A stretch of 64,000 nt of DNA from IMG/VR virus record IMGVR_UViG_3300030085_002231, positions 27,450 through 91,449 of that record; one strand, written 5' to 3'. This stretch comes from a virus. Of this stretch, positions 1-9,699 are shown one piece after another. Positions within the stretch are counted from its first letter, which is position 1; every line of letters begins with the position of its first letter. The notes beneath the pieces are model-generated. The model was not told the DNA's origin, searched no databases, and saw only the letters and a program-made list of their open reading frames with translations. The position numbers were made by a program, and so were the translations under genes.

Positions 1-1
1 G

Positions 2-1348
2 TATCCAGGCTCACTAGGTAACTCACTACAGGTACAAATTTGCCCATCAGACTCGGCAAGTTCAATCTTTTCAAGTTGGACATACGTTAATAACTTTGAT
101 AAGGCACCAGGTACATCAACTTTTGCATCTAATAACGGCGCAAGAGGAGATGAGGTGCACATAGTAGTTGTTGATAAAGATGGCAAGTTCACAGGTACTC
201 GAGGTGAGGTACTCGAAACATTCCCATTCTTATCAGTAGGTAGGAATGCTAAGAATCCTGATGGCACAAACAACTATGCACCGGACGTGGTTAATGAACG
301 TTCTGAATACGTTTGGATGGTTGAGTTTGACTCTGACCATTTAGGAGCAGGTGCAAGTACAGACATCGATAATGGTGACGACTTCACCATGACCAATCGT
401 GCAATCAAAACATTTAACTTTAACGGTGGCGTAAATTCAGGCGCTCTAGGAACTGCAGAGTTCTTAACAGGCTTTGATCTTTTCGAAGATAAAGACCAAG
501 TTGAAGTTGACTTCTTGATCGCACCTGGCATGACCAGTACAGCCGATCAAACAACAATTGTTAACGATCTCGTCGCTACTGCACAGCAGACAAGAAAAGA
601 CTGTGTCGTAGTTGCATCACCAGCACGTGATGATATTGTTAACTTGACAAATGCAGCAACTATCAATACAAACGTGATTGCTACTGCCAATACATTTACG
701 AATTCATCGTATCTGATTATGGACGGTAACTATCTCAAGACGTATGATAAATACAATGACCAGTTCATTAGTATTCCTGCTGCATCATCTACTGCAGGTA
801 TCTGCGCAGCTACTGACTTGAATAGAGCCGCTTGGTTCTCACCGGCCGGTTCACGTAGAGGACAATACCTAGGTATCACCTCTCTGGCATACAGCCCGAA
901 CAAGTCACAGCGAGATGCACTGTATAGAGCAGACGTCAACCCGATCGCAAATATTCCTGGCCAAGGTACAATACTCTTCGGCGATAAGACAATGCTTGGA
1001 AGACCTTCAGCATTCGATCGAATCAACGTGCGTAGATTGTTCCTTATTCTTGAAAGAGCGATTGGTAGAGCAGCACAGCAAGTAATGTTCGAGTTTAACG
1101 ATGAGTTTACTCGTGCAGAATTTGTCAATATCATCGAACCGGTACTTCGCGAAGTCAAAGGTCGTCGTGGTATTACAGACTTTAGAGTAGTCTGTGATGA
1201 GACAAATAATACCGCTGCTGTTGTAGATCGAAATGAATTCATCGCAAACATCTTCATCAAACCGGCACGTTCAATCAACTACGTAACGCTTAACTTCGTA
1301 GCTGTCAGAACAGGTGTTGACTTTGAAGAAGTTGTTGGCACGGTATAA
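2..1348 (+). CDS. gp18: Tail sheath protein (5' truncated by window edge)
   Basis: Frame open from position 2 (YPGSLGNSL...); motifs WFSPAGSRRG, FDRINVRRLF, FEFNDEFTR, IKPARSINYVTLNF. Confidence 0.97.
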   Translation, partial: YPGSLGNSLQVQICPSDSASSIFSSWTYVNNFDKAPGTSTFASNNGARGDEVHIVVVDKDGKFTGTRGEVLETFPFLSVGRNAKNPDGTNNYAPDVVNERSEYVWMVEFDSDHLGAGASTDIDNGDDFTMTNRAIKTFNFNGGVNSGALGTAEFLTGFDLFEDKDQVEVDFLIAPGMTSTADQTTIVNDLVATAQQTRKDCVVVASPARDDIVNLTNAATINTNVIATANTFTNSSYLIMDGNYLKTYDKYNDQFISIPAASSTAGICAATDLNRAAWFSPAGSRRGQYLGITSLAYSPNKSQRDALYRADVNPIANIPGQGTILFGDKTMLGRPSAFDRINVRRLFLILERAIGRAAQQVMFEFNDEFTRAEFVNIIEPVLREVKGRRGITDFRVVCDETNNTAAVVDRNEFIANIFIKPARSINYVTLNFVAVRTGVDFEEVVGTV

Positions 1349-1360
1349 GGAGGTAGGTAA

Positions 1361-1888
1361 ATGGCTGTTCTCGGTGTAGATGACTTTAAGTCAAAACTGA
1401 GAGGTGGCGGCGCACGTCCTAACCTCTTTCAAGTAACAATCAACTATCCAGGATTTGCTGACGGTGATCCGGAACTCACATCGTTCTTATGTGAGGCAGC
1501 AACTCTACCTGGGTCAACGTTTGGTATCATACCAGTGTTCTTCCGTGGAAGGATTCTAAAGATGGCCGGTGACCGTACATTCGCTGAATGGGGCACCACG
1601 ATCATCAATGATACTGACTTTTCGATTCGTAACGCGATTGAAAGGTGGATGAACGGTATTAACGCACACTCTGCAAATACTGGTCTTACCGCACCAATCG
1701 CTTATGAAGCTGACTTGACAGTTGATCAGTTAGATCGTAACGGTGATAAACTCAAAACATACACATTCCGAGGTGCATATCCTCAGGATCTTTCAGAGAT
1801 TGCAGTGTCATACGCTGACAACGATAACATTGAAAGATTCACGTGTACTTGGGCATATCAGTACTTCGAGTCTAACACTACAAGCTAA
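1361..1888 (+). CDS. gp19: Tail tube protein
   Basis: GGARPNLF, AGDRTF.EW..TIIND motifs; directly after gp18; GGAGG RBS. Confidence 0.96.
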   Translation: MAVLGVDDFKSKLRGGGARPNLFQVTINYPGFADGDPELTSFLCEAATLPGSTFGIIPVFFRGRILKMAGDRTFAEWGTTIINDTDFSIRNAIERWMNGINAHSANTGLTAPIAYEADLTVDQLDRNGDKLKTYTFRGAYPQDLSEIAVSYADNDNIERFTCTWAYQYFESNTTS

Positions 1889-1897
1889 ATAAATAAA

Positions 1898-1921
1898 GGG
1901 AGCCGGCAACGGTTGGCTCCC
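1898..1921 (+). terminator. Stem-loop between gp19 and gp20 (terminator or processing hairpin)
   Basis: GGGAGCCGGC-aacg-GTTGGCTCCC; weak U-tail; preceded by late-promoter-like CTAAATAAATA. Confidence 0.6.
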
Positions 1922-1943
1922 TATCTCTAACTAAGGAATTGAA

Positions 1944-3470
1944 ATGGCTGAATATTCTGGTGCAGGCACCGAAGGCATTAAATTATTTGGTTTTGAAATA
2001 AAGAAAGCCAAAAAGAAGGAAGAACAAAAAGCTCCTTCCATTGTTCCGCCGCGAGATGATGAAGGCGGTAGTTACGCTACTGCGTCTGGTTCACACTATG
2101 GCCAGTATCTCAATCTTGGTGATGACGACTCAAAAGATAACTATCAACTTATTATGAAGTATCGTGGTAATGCGATGCACCCTGAAGTTGATATGGCGAT
2201 TGAAGACATTGTTAACGAATCAATCACAGGTTCACAGCTTGAACAAACACTAGACATCAACTTAGAAGATGTTGATGCACCTGATAGAATTAAGAAAGTA
2301 ATTAAAGAGGAGTTTGATACGATATATGGTATGCTTAACTTCAAAGAGTTAGGCCACGATATATTTCGTAGGTGGTACATCGACGGTAGAATGTTCCACC
2401 ACTTGATTATTAACGAAGCTCAACCAAAAGAAGGTATCGTTGAGATTCGACCTATTGACGCTGCCAAGATGCGCAAGGTTAAAAAAGTTAAAAAGAAAAA
2501 AGATCCAGCCACTGGCGCTAACGTTGTTGAAAATACAGAAGAGTTTTTTATTTACCAAGAAAAACCAGGTTCATCTACCAGTGGCGTAAAAATGACCAGT
2601 GATTCTGTAAGCTATGTTACATCCGGATTGCTATCAGAAGATCGAAGAAAGATTATATCATTTCTACATAAAGCATTGAAGCCAATTAACCAACTACGTA
2701 TGATGGAAGACGCACTGGTGATTTATAGGTTAGCTCGTGCACCGGAGCGTAGAATATTCTATATTGACGTAGGTAACTTGCCTCGAGGCAAAGCTGAACA
2801 GTACCTTAAAGACATTATGGCAAAGTATAGAAATAAACTTGTATACGATGCTAAGACTGGCGACATCAGAGATGATCGTAAACACATGTCTTTACTCGAA
2901 GATTTTTGGTTGCCAAGACGTGAAGGTGGTACAGGTACCTCAATTGAAACACTACCTGGTGGAGAAAACCTAGGCCAGATTGAAGACGTAATCTTCTTTC
3001 AAAAGAAAGTTTATAGGGCACTAAATGTTCCAATCAATAGGCTAGAACAAGAAGCACAGTTTAGCTTAGGTAGATCTACAGAAGTCAATAGAGACGAACT
3101 GAAGTTTCAAAAATTTATTGATAGACTAAGAATGAGGTTTGCACACCTGTTCTATGGGATATTGAAAAAGCAACTTATATTAAAAGGTATTATCACAGAA
3201 GAAGATTGGGAAAATTGGAAGAACGATATTACAGTTGACTACATTCGTGATAATCACTTTACAGAATTACGTGATATGGAAGTATTGCGTGAAAGACTAC
3301 AGACGATGGATATGGTACAACAGTATGTAGGTGAGTATTATTCTAAAGAGTGGATTCAGAAAAACGTTCTTATGTTATCTGATGAAGATGTAGAAAAAAT
3401 GAACAAAGAAATACAGGGTGAGAATCCTGATGAACCAGAACAACCGGAAGGTGGAGATGATAATGAGTGA
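1944..3470 (+). CDS. gp20: Portal vertex protein
   Basis: YRLARAPERRIFYIDVGNLP, EDFWLPRREGG motifs. Confidence 0.98.
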   Translation: MAEYSGAGTEGIKLFGFEIKKAKKKEEQKAPSIVPPRDDEGGSYATASGSHYGQYLNLGDDDSKDNYQLIMKYRGNAMHPEVDMAIEDIVNESITGSQLEQTLDINLEDVDAPDRIKKVIKEEFDTIYGMLNFKELGHDIFRRWYIDGRMFHHLIINEAQPKEGIVEIRPIDAAKMRKVKKVKKKKDPATGANVVENTEEFFIYQEKPGSSTSGVKMTSDSVSYVTSGLLSEDRRKIISFLHKALKPINQLRMMEDALVIYRLARAPERRIFYIDVGNLPRGKAEQYLKDIMAKYRNKLVYDAKTGDIRDDRKHMSLLEDFWLPRREGGTGTSIETLPGGENLGQIEDVIFFQKKVYRALNVPINRLEQEAQFSLGRSTEVNRDELKFQKFIDRLRMRFAHLFYGILKKQLILKGIITEEDWENWKNDITVDYIRDNHFTELRDMEVLRERLQTMDMVQQYVGEYYSKEWIQKNVLMLSDEDVEKMNKEIQGENPDEPEQPEGGDDNE

Positions 3471-3852
3471 AGAAGCAGTAGCGGAACCTGAAGTAATTGA
3501 ACCAAGCTTTGAAGTAAAAGACTTGATTCAACACGCTTTGGATCAAGACTATAACAAAGCTAATAAAGTATTTGGCGACATGATGGGTGTTAGAATCGGT
3601 GATGCACTTGATCAGGAAAAAATTAAATTGGCAGATCAAATCTTTAATGATGTAGAACCAGAGGAAGACGATGAAGAAGACGAGGATTATACCCAAGGCG
3701 AACTTGACCTTGAAGGAGAAGGCGAGTCTGAATCGGAAGAATCGGGAGATGAGGAAGAGTATGAAGACGAAGATGAGGAAGAGGACGTAGCTGACGAAGA
3801 AGAAGGTGATGTCTATGCCGATGATATTGAAGATGAAGTTCACGAACAGTAA
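3463..3852 (+). CDS. Acidic prohead core protein (gp67-like)
   Basis: Position between gp20 and gp68/gp21; very D/E-rich C-terminus. Confidence 0.7.
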   Translation: MSEEAVAEPEVIEPSFEVKDLIQHALDQDYNKANKVFGDMMGVRIGDALDQEKIKLADQIFNDVEPEEDDEEDEDYTQGELDLEGEGESESEESGDEEEYEDEDEEEDVADEEEGDVYADDIEDEVHEQ

Positions 3853-3880
3853 AAAAATTTCAATTTAAGAAATAAATTTT

Positions 3881-3888
3881 TATAAATA
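3881..3888 (+). promoter_or_regulatory. T4-type late promoter TATAAATA
   Basis: Exact consensus, intergenic, upstream of gp68-gp21-gp22-gp23; gp55 sigma encoded in window. Confidence 0.85.
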
Positions 3889-3898
3889 ATATGGTAAA

Positions 3899-4111
3899 AT
3901 GAAAACTTTTACAAATATAAGAGAATTAACTGGACGTAAGCCTGAAGGACAATTAGTTGTCAATAAAAAATTAGGCAGAGTTCAGATAATGGTATACAAA
4001 GAACGTAACGGTTTTGTCACATACGTAGATGGTGACAGATTAGATCGTTATAGAAGTAAAAACGAAGCTGAAAAGGCTGGAACTGCATTTATTAAGGCGC
4101 TAAAGAAATGA
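3899..4111 (+). CDS. Small prohead core protein (gp68 position)
   Basis: Synteny; N-terminus MKTFTNIRE resembles the capsid targeting sequence. Confidence 0.6.
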   Translation: MKTFTNIRELTGRKPEGQLVVNKKLGRVQIMVYKERNGFVTYVDGDRLDRYRSKNEAEKAGTAFIKALKK

Positions 4112-4764
4112 AACTTATTTCTGAATATACTGAAAATAATCTCGAAGTTATTATCGAAGCCAATGAAAATGGCAAGAAAAAATATATTATTGAAGGTGTA
4201 TTCGCGCAAGCAGAAACAAAGAATCGTAACGGTCGTATATATCCAATGCCAGTTATGGAGAAAGCTGTTGGCAAGTATGTCGGCGATCAAGTATCCAAAG
4301 GGCGTGCAGTAGGTGAATTGAATCACCCTGAAGGACCGACCGTTAACTTAGACAAAGTTTCTCACAAGATCGAAAGCCTCGATATAAAAGGCAAAGATGT
4401 TGTGGGTAGGGCGACTATTTTGGAAACTCCCATGGGGCAAATTGTAAAAGGTTTACTCGATGGTCAGGTACAATTAGGCGTCTCGACTCGTGGTATGGGA
4501 AGTCTGCAGAACAATGGTACCGCTATGGTTGTAAAACCAGACTTTATTCTTAACGCGGTGGACATCGTGCAAGACCCATCAGCCCCTAGCGCATTTGTTA
4601 ATGGAGTTATGGAGGGTGTTGAATGGGTTTGGAATAACGGAATCATTGAACCACAGGCTATTGAAATGATGGAGACTGAAATCAAGAAAGCTCCAAGAGC
4701 TGATCTCTATGAGACTCAGGTTCGTGAGTTTAAGAATTTCCTCTCGTTACTCAAATCTAAATGA
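4108..4764 (+). CDS. gp21: Prohead protease
   Basis: NRNGRIYP, GELNHP, GVSTRGMGS, DIVQDPSAP motifs. Confidence 0.97.
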   Translation: MKLISEYTENNLEVIIEANENGKKKYIIEGVFAQAETKNRNGRIYPMPVMEKAVGKYVGDQVSKGRAVGELNHPEGPTVNLDKVSHKIESLDIKGKDVVGRATILETPMGQIVKGLLDGQVQLGVSTRGMGSLQNNGTAMVVKPDFILNAVDIVQDPSAPSAFVNGVMEGVEWVWNNGIIEPQAIEMMETEIKKAPRADLYETQVREFKNFLSLLKSK

Positions 4765-4780
4765 CAAAGGAGTCAATTAA

Positions 4781-5884
4781 ATGACTGAAGATCAAAACAT
4801 TGAAGATCAGGACATTGAACTCCTCGATGATGAGAACGAAGACATCGAGGAAGCAATGGGTCACGATCCTAAAAATGCTGAGGCTCAATCAGTCGCTTCT
4901 GTAGACAAAGCAGGTGATGCAACAGGTAGTGCACCAAAGCGTAAAATGGCAGGCGGAACTGCTGCTGACGCGAGTAATGCAGAACCTATGCCCAAGCTTA
5001 CTAAGATGGGCATGATCAATGCTATGTACAAAGAAATGAAAAAGATGGATAAGAAAAAGCTAACTGCTGCTTATGGCGGAATGCAAAAAATCACCGGCAT
5101 GAAGCAACACATGAATAGTACTTCCGAAGAAGATTTCGAAGGACAGCCTATTCTTGATGATTACAAAGTAGATTTTTCTGCAGACATCAATGCTCTTTGC
5201 GAATCAGAAGCAACACTATCTGAAGAGTTCAAGCAAAAAGTGGAGACAATCTTTGAAGCAGCAATTAAGTCTAAGCTGACAGAAGAGATTGACCGACTTG
5301 AGGAAAAATACAACGAAGAGTTATCAGAAGCAGTTGAAGAAACTAAAGCTGATATCGTTGAAAAAGTCGATTCATATCTTAACTACGTAGTTGAGAGCTG
5401 GATGGAAGAAAATAAAGTAGCTGTACAGGCAGGTCTACGTACAGAGATCTCTGAGAACTTTATGAATAAGTTGAAAGACTTGTTCGAAGAGTCTTATATC
5501 GAAGTACCAGAAGGCAAAGTCGATCTTGTGGACGACTTGGCTGGTCAAGTTGAGGAACTCGAAGAGGCCCTTAACGAGTCCACTGCTGAGAATATTGAGA
5601 TGACAGAAATGTTAGAAAACTTTGCACGTGACGAAGTCATTCGCGAAGCTTCAACAGGACTTGCAGAAACTCAATTCGAAAAGCTAAAGAGTTTGGTAGC
5701 TGAAGTAGACTTCGAAGACTACGATACTTTTGCACAAAAAGTAGAGACTGTCAAAGAATCATACTTTACCAAGAAAACAACTGATGCCGCTGATATCGAA
5801 GAAGATACTGAAGGTGATGCACCTGAAGTAGCTTCTGACACAATGGCTCAGTACCTTTCCGCAATCAAGAAAACTAACAAATAA
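4781..5884 (+). CDS. gp22: Prohead core scaffold protein
   Basis: Acidic coiled coil, LSEEFKQK..TIFEAA, VDSYLNYVVESWMEEN; between gp21 and gp23. Confidence 0.93.
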   Translation: MTEDQNIEDQDIELLDDENEDIEEAMGHDPKNAEAQSVASVDKAGDATGSAPKRKMAGGTAADASNAEPMPKLTKMGMINAMYKEMKKMDKKKLTAAYGGMQKITGMKQHMNSTSEEDFEGQPILDDYKVDFSADINALCESEATLSEEFKQKVETIFEAAIKSKLTEEIDRLEEKYNEELSEAVEETKADIVEKVDSYLNYVVESWMEENKVAVQAGLRTEISENFMNKLKDLFEESYIEVPEGKVDLVDDLAGQVEELEEALNESTAENIEMTEMLENFARDEVIREASTGLAETQFEKLKSLVAEVDFEDYDTFAQKVETVKESYFTKKTTDAADIEEDTEGDAPEVASDTMAQYLSAIKKTNK

Positions 5885-5898
5885 TTGGGAGTCCAATA

Positions 5899-7229
5899 AT
5901 GCAAGACGTAATTTCTTACGACAAGTTGATGGAAAAATGGGCACCGGTACTGAACGAAGAGTCAGCGGGAGCCATTACCGACAACCACAGGAAAGCAGTT
6001 ACAGCTGCTATTCTTGAGAACCAAGAGCGGGCATTACGTGAAGAGCAAACTATGCTCAATGAAATGCCTACTAATAACACATCACAAGTAGCAAACTGGA
6101 ACCCAGTTCTGATTGCTCTTGTACGTCGTGCTATGCCTAACCTCATGGCATACGACATTTGCGGTGTTCAGCCAATGTCTGGTCCAACAGGCCTTATCTT
6201 TACGATGAAGCACTATTTAACGAAGCAGTGCCAGGATTCTCCGGTGATTCATCATCCGGTCCAGTTGCTGGTACAACTCAAAATCGTCTAGACGGTGTAA
6301 CTGCTGGCCCATCAGGCTTGTCAGGAATCGTTGACTCAGACGCCGACTCTACAATTGATGATACTCGTATCGATCCGGCAAACGGAACAACAGGTTTCGC
6401 CATGCCATTGTCCGACGGTGAAAACCTCGGTACAACTGGTGATTCACCATTTGCAGAAATGGGCTTTACCATCGAGAAATCAACTGTTAGTGCTCGGACA
6501 CGTGCACTGAAGGCAGAATACAGCCTCGAACTTGCTCAGGATCTGAAAGCCATTCATGGCCTGGATGCTGAGACTGAGTTGGCAAACATCTTGTCAACTG
6601 AGATCATGGCTGAAATCAACCGTGAAGTTGTTCGTACAATTAACTCACAAGCTAAGACTGGTGCTCTGCAAACTAACACTGCACTAAACGGTGTCTTCAA
6701 CGTCCAAACAGACGCAGACGGCCGTTGGTCAGTCGAGAAGTTTAAAGGTCTGATCGTACAGATTGAGCGTGAGTGTAACGTAATCGCAAAAGAAACACGT
6801 CGGGGTAAAGGTAACTTCATCATCTGTTCATCAGATGTTGCATCTTCCTTGTCAGCCTCTGGCATGCTCGATTACACACCTGCAATGTCAACAAACTTGA
6901 ATGTTGACGATACAGGAAACACCTTTGCTGGTGTCCTTAACGGTCGCACACGGGTCTACATCGATCCGTATGCTGTAGCTGACTATATCACAGTCGGTTA
7001 TAAGGGTACTAACCCATATGACGCAGGTCTCTTCTATTGCCCATACGTACCACTAACAATGGTTCGTGCAGTGGGTGAGGATACCTTCCAGCCGAAGATT
7101 GGATTTAAGACTCGCTATGGCTTGGCTTCAAACCCATTCGTTGGATCATCTCCAGCAGACGGCTTGGCTGCGATCAAGACCAACCAATACTATCGTATCT
7201 TCCGCGTAGACGATATTCTTGGATCATAA
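5899..7229 (+). CDS. gp23: Major capsid protein, interrupted by a frameshifting deletion near 6204-6210 in this sequence
   Basis: N-part (KWAPVL, LVRRAMPNL.AYDICGVQPMSGPTGLIF) in one frame; C-part (EALFNEA, RALKAEYSLELAQDLKAIHGLDAE, YCPYVPL, FKTRYG) in another. Confidence 0.93.
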
Positions 7230-7251
7230 TAAAAAATAACGTGGTTAGACT

Positions 7252-7278
7252 AGAGGGGCCTTCGGGTCCCTCTTTTTT
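7252..7278 (+). terminator. Rho-independent terminator after gp23
   Basis: AGAGGGGCC-TTCG-GGTCCCTCT followed by a T-run; UUCG tetraloop typical of T4-like phages. Confidence 0.9.
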
Positions 7279-7289
7279 ATCTAAACTTG

Positions 7290-7297
7290 TATAAATA
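7290..7297 (+). promoter_or_regulatory. Late promoter TATAAATA
   Basis: Exact consensus, 5 nt before the gp3 ATG. Confidence 0.85.
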
Positions 7298-7302
7298 GAT
7301 GT

Positions 7303-7803
7303 ATGGCGGAACTTACAGAAAATTTTAATTACCTACAACCGACTAGTTTTAAGTTAGTTATAGATCGACGTAACTATCCTAACCTTGAGTTTTTCTGTCA
7401 GAACGTTACGCATCCGGGTATGATAATGAATCCTGTTGAGTTGCCTGTTCGTAGATTAGCTGGTTTGCCGTTTCCTGGCGATACACTTACATTTAATGAA
7501 TTATCGACTAATATTCTTTTAGATGAAAATATGAATGCATATACGGAAATGTTCAATTGGATTCGTAGATTACTTGAAAACAATATGTTTGATAATAACG
7601 CCAGTGGAAAAGCTACGCAACCTAACTACGCAGATATTACGTTATCAATACTTTCAAGTCACAATAATCAAACGAAGCAAGTAAGATATATAGATTGTGT
7701 ACCTACATCGCTAGGTGATATAAACTTTGAATCTACGGCTAGTGGTCAAGAGTTTATCACGTTTGCTGCATCGTTTCGATTCAACTATTTTGAGTTAGTG
7801 TAA
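7303..7803 (+). CDS. gp3: Tail completion / sheath stabilizer
   Basis: NYLQPTSF, FFCQNVTHPG, PGDTLTF, LLDENM..YTE; follows gp23 as in marine T4-like phages. Confidence 0.88.
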   Translation: MAELTENFNYLQPTSFKLVIDRRNYPNLEFFCQNVTHPGMIMNPVELPVRRLAGLPFPGDTLTFNELSTNILLDENMNAYTEMFNWIRRLLENNMFDNNASGKATQPNYADITLSILSSHNNQTKQVRYIDCVPTSLGDINFESTASGQEFITFAASFRFNYFELV

Positions 7804-8090
7804 TGGCAGAATCAAAATCAAGAAATATTAATAAATCTTTTAGTCCGACTGGCGGCATTGAAGCGACAGCTGTTGTGACTACTACCGGTACTCCGGCATT
7901 GCCTTCTACAGGTGCAGCCTTAGATTCTGGATCAGTACAGGGACTTAAACACGATATATTTAGAATCAATTCACAAAGATTAAGACAAGACTTTACGATA
8001 CATGATTCTGACAACGCCAGTACAGTCGGCCCTATCACAGTAGATAGTGGTGTAACATTAACTATTAACGGGAACTATGTAGTGCTATGA
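7803..8090 (+). CDS. Small virion/fiber-associated protein
   Basis: C-terminus NASTVGPITVDSGVTLTINGNYVVL resembles short fiber-associated proteins of marine phages. Confidence 0.55.
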   Translation: MAESKSRNINKSFSPTGGIEATAVVTTTGTPALPSTGAALDSGSVQGLKHDIFRINSQRLRQDFTIHDSDNASTVGPITVDSGVTLTINGNYVVL

Positions 8091-8494
8091 GTACATTAGA
8101 GGTAGATAAGATACAAGGTGTGGCTACTGCTGGTTCACTTAACATAACTGGTGAAGGTAACAGCACTACAACTAATCTTCAACAAGGATTGTCAAAACAG
8201 TGGTCTAATAATACTATTAGCACTAATACGCATACTATACAAGATAGTTTTAACACATCTTCATTAACCGATGACGGAGCAGGTAGAACCGACATGGTCT
8301 TTACAAATAATATGAATGCTGTAAGATATTCGATAACTAGTACATGCTCTCTTAACGGCGGTCATTTGTATTCGCATCTAGGAAATAATACTTTACAAGC
8401 TACAAACCATTATAGAATAAACACAGCAGATTATTCCGGAACTGTTTTAGATTACGATTGTATGTGCAATAATGTATGTGGAGACCTCGCATGA
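8087..8494 (+). CDS. Small fiber/receptor-binding-like protein, paralog 1
   Basis: STL.VDKI, TTTNLQQGLSKQW, DSFNTSSLTDDGAG, C-terminal GDLA. Confidence 0.6.
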   Translation: MSTLEVDKIQGVATAGSLNITGEGNSTTTNLQQGLSKQWSNNTISTNTHTIQDSFNTSSLTDDGAGRTDMVFTNNMNAVRYSITSTCSLNGGHLYSHLGNNTLQATNHYRINTADYSGTVLDYDCMCNNVCGDLA

Positions 8495-8871
8495 CAAGTA
8501 CGATAAGAACAACAAATGTAGGTCCTGCGCCAACAGGTACAACTACTAATTTAATAAATGGATTGGCGAAGGCTTGGATAAATTTGAGTGGTGATAGCAC
8601 TATTTCTACACGAGATAGTTTTAATATATCTGGCACAACTGACCATGATACAGGAGAATATATTTTTGCTTGGACTAACGCTATGTCAAACATAAATTAC
8701 GTTTCTTCTGGAATGGCAGGGCAAAACCATACCGCTTTATTAAATATAAGTCAGCCAGAGAATGAACATGCGCCTACAACAGCAAACTGTCAGTATAATG
8801 TTGCTTATGCAAATTCTAGTAATTTTGACGGAACATATGTTGGTGTAAGCATTTACGGAGACTTAGCATGA
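8491..8871 (+). CDS. Small fiber/receptor-binding-like protein, paralog 2
   Basis: TTTNLINGLAKAW, DSFNISGTTDHDTG, C-terminal GDLA. Confidence 0.6.
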   Translation: MTSTIRTTNVGPAPTGTTTNLINGLAKAWINLSGDSTISTRDSFNISGTTDHDTGEYIFAWTNAMSNINYVSSGMAGQNHTALLNISQPENEHAPTTANCQYNVAYANSSNFDGTYVGVSIYGDLA

Positions 8872-9212
8872 GTGAGATAAGAGTTAACACACTAAAGGAT
8901 AAGTCTGGTAGAGAAGCTGCTACCTTAAAGGCGTTTTGCCAACTAGATCAAGGAACTACATTAAATGAAAGTTTAAACGTTAGTGGAATAGTAGACAATG
9001 GAGTTGGGAGATATGAAGCAACTTTGTCTAACGCTTTTACCAATGCAAACTACGCTTTAAATGTTTCTGCTGGTGCTACATCCGGGAATTGCTCTGTAGA
9101 TGATTCTCATTACGAAGCAGGAGTAATGTGTGTGAGACTTTATAGAACAGACACTTCTGCATACATGGAATCAGATCATTGTGTAATGCAAGCAGCAGGA
9201 ACTCTAGCATAA
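8868..9212 (+). CDS. Small fiber/receptor-binding-like protein, paralog 3
   Basis: LKAFC, ESLNVSGIVDNGVG, C-terminal GTLA. Confidence 0.6.
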   Translation: MSEIRVNTLKDKSGREAATLKAFCQLDQGTTLNESLNVSGIVDNGVGRYEATLSNAFTNANYALNVSAGATSGNCSVDDSHYEAGVMCVRLYRTDTSAYMESDHCVMQAAGTLA

Positions 9213-9217
9213 TTTAG

Positions 9218-9246
9218 TTTACTTTTGTAAATAACTGTGGTATAAT
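9218..9246 (+). promoter_or_regulatory. Sigma70-type early/middle promoter (uvsY)
   Basis: TTTACT-17 nt ending TGTGG-TATAAT; same motif recurs at least 13 times in the window. Confidence 0.85.
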
Positions 9247-9252
9247 TATAGT

Positions 9253-9699
9253 ATGATTGATTTGAAAACTATACACGAAATGTGGTCAAAAGACTGTGAA
9301 ATAAACTCAAACGAACTCGACAAGTCTTCGCGTGACCAGCCAATCTTACATGCCAAATACCTAGAACTCTTATCAACTTACAAGTTACAGTTGAAGCGTG
9401 CTGAGTTTGCACAGAAACAATTGTTAAAAGATAAGTGGCTTTGGTACAACGGTAAGATGTCACACGAAGAAATAGTTGAAAAAGGTTGGGACCCGGATCC
9501 TTTCAATGGGCTAAAAGTATTGAAAGGCGAGATGGAATATTATTATGATGCTGACCCTGAAATCCAAAAGTCTGAAGAAAAGATTCAGTACTTTAAGACA
9601 GTTATAGATACATTAACAGAGATTGTAAACAATATTAACTGGCGACATCAGACAATATCAAATATTATAAAATGGAAACAATTCGAGTCCGGAAACTAA
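9253..9699 (+). CDS. uvsY: Recombination mediator UvsY
   Basis: LHAKYL, KWLWYNGK, YYDAD.EI, ISNIIKWKQF; adjacent to uvsW. Confidence 0.9.
   Translation: MIDLKTIHEMWSKDCEINSNELDKSSRDQPILHAKYLELLSTYKLQLKRAEFAQKQLLKDKWLWYNGKMSHEEIVEKGWDPDPFNGLKVLKGEMEYYYDADPEIQKSEEKIQYFKTVIDTLTEIVNNINWRHQTISNIIKWKQFESGN

Noticed and set aside
3655-3845. GAA/GAT-rich repetitive DNA
   Set aside because: Low-complexity coding for an acidic protein tail, not a repeat element.
6159-6291. Programmed -1 frameshift or two separate capsid genes
   Set aside because: No slippery heptamer at the junction and conserved gp23 residues are missing; a deletion explains it better.
274-6865. Numerous minus-strand ORFs over structural genes (e.g. 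730-1278, 3370-3843)
   Set aside because: Antisense shadows of conserved + strand genes; no RBS or promoter support.
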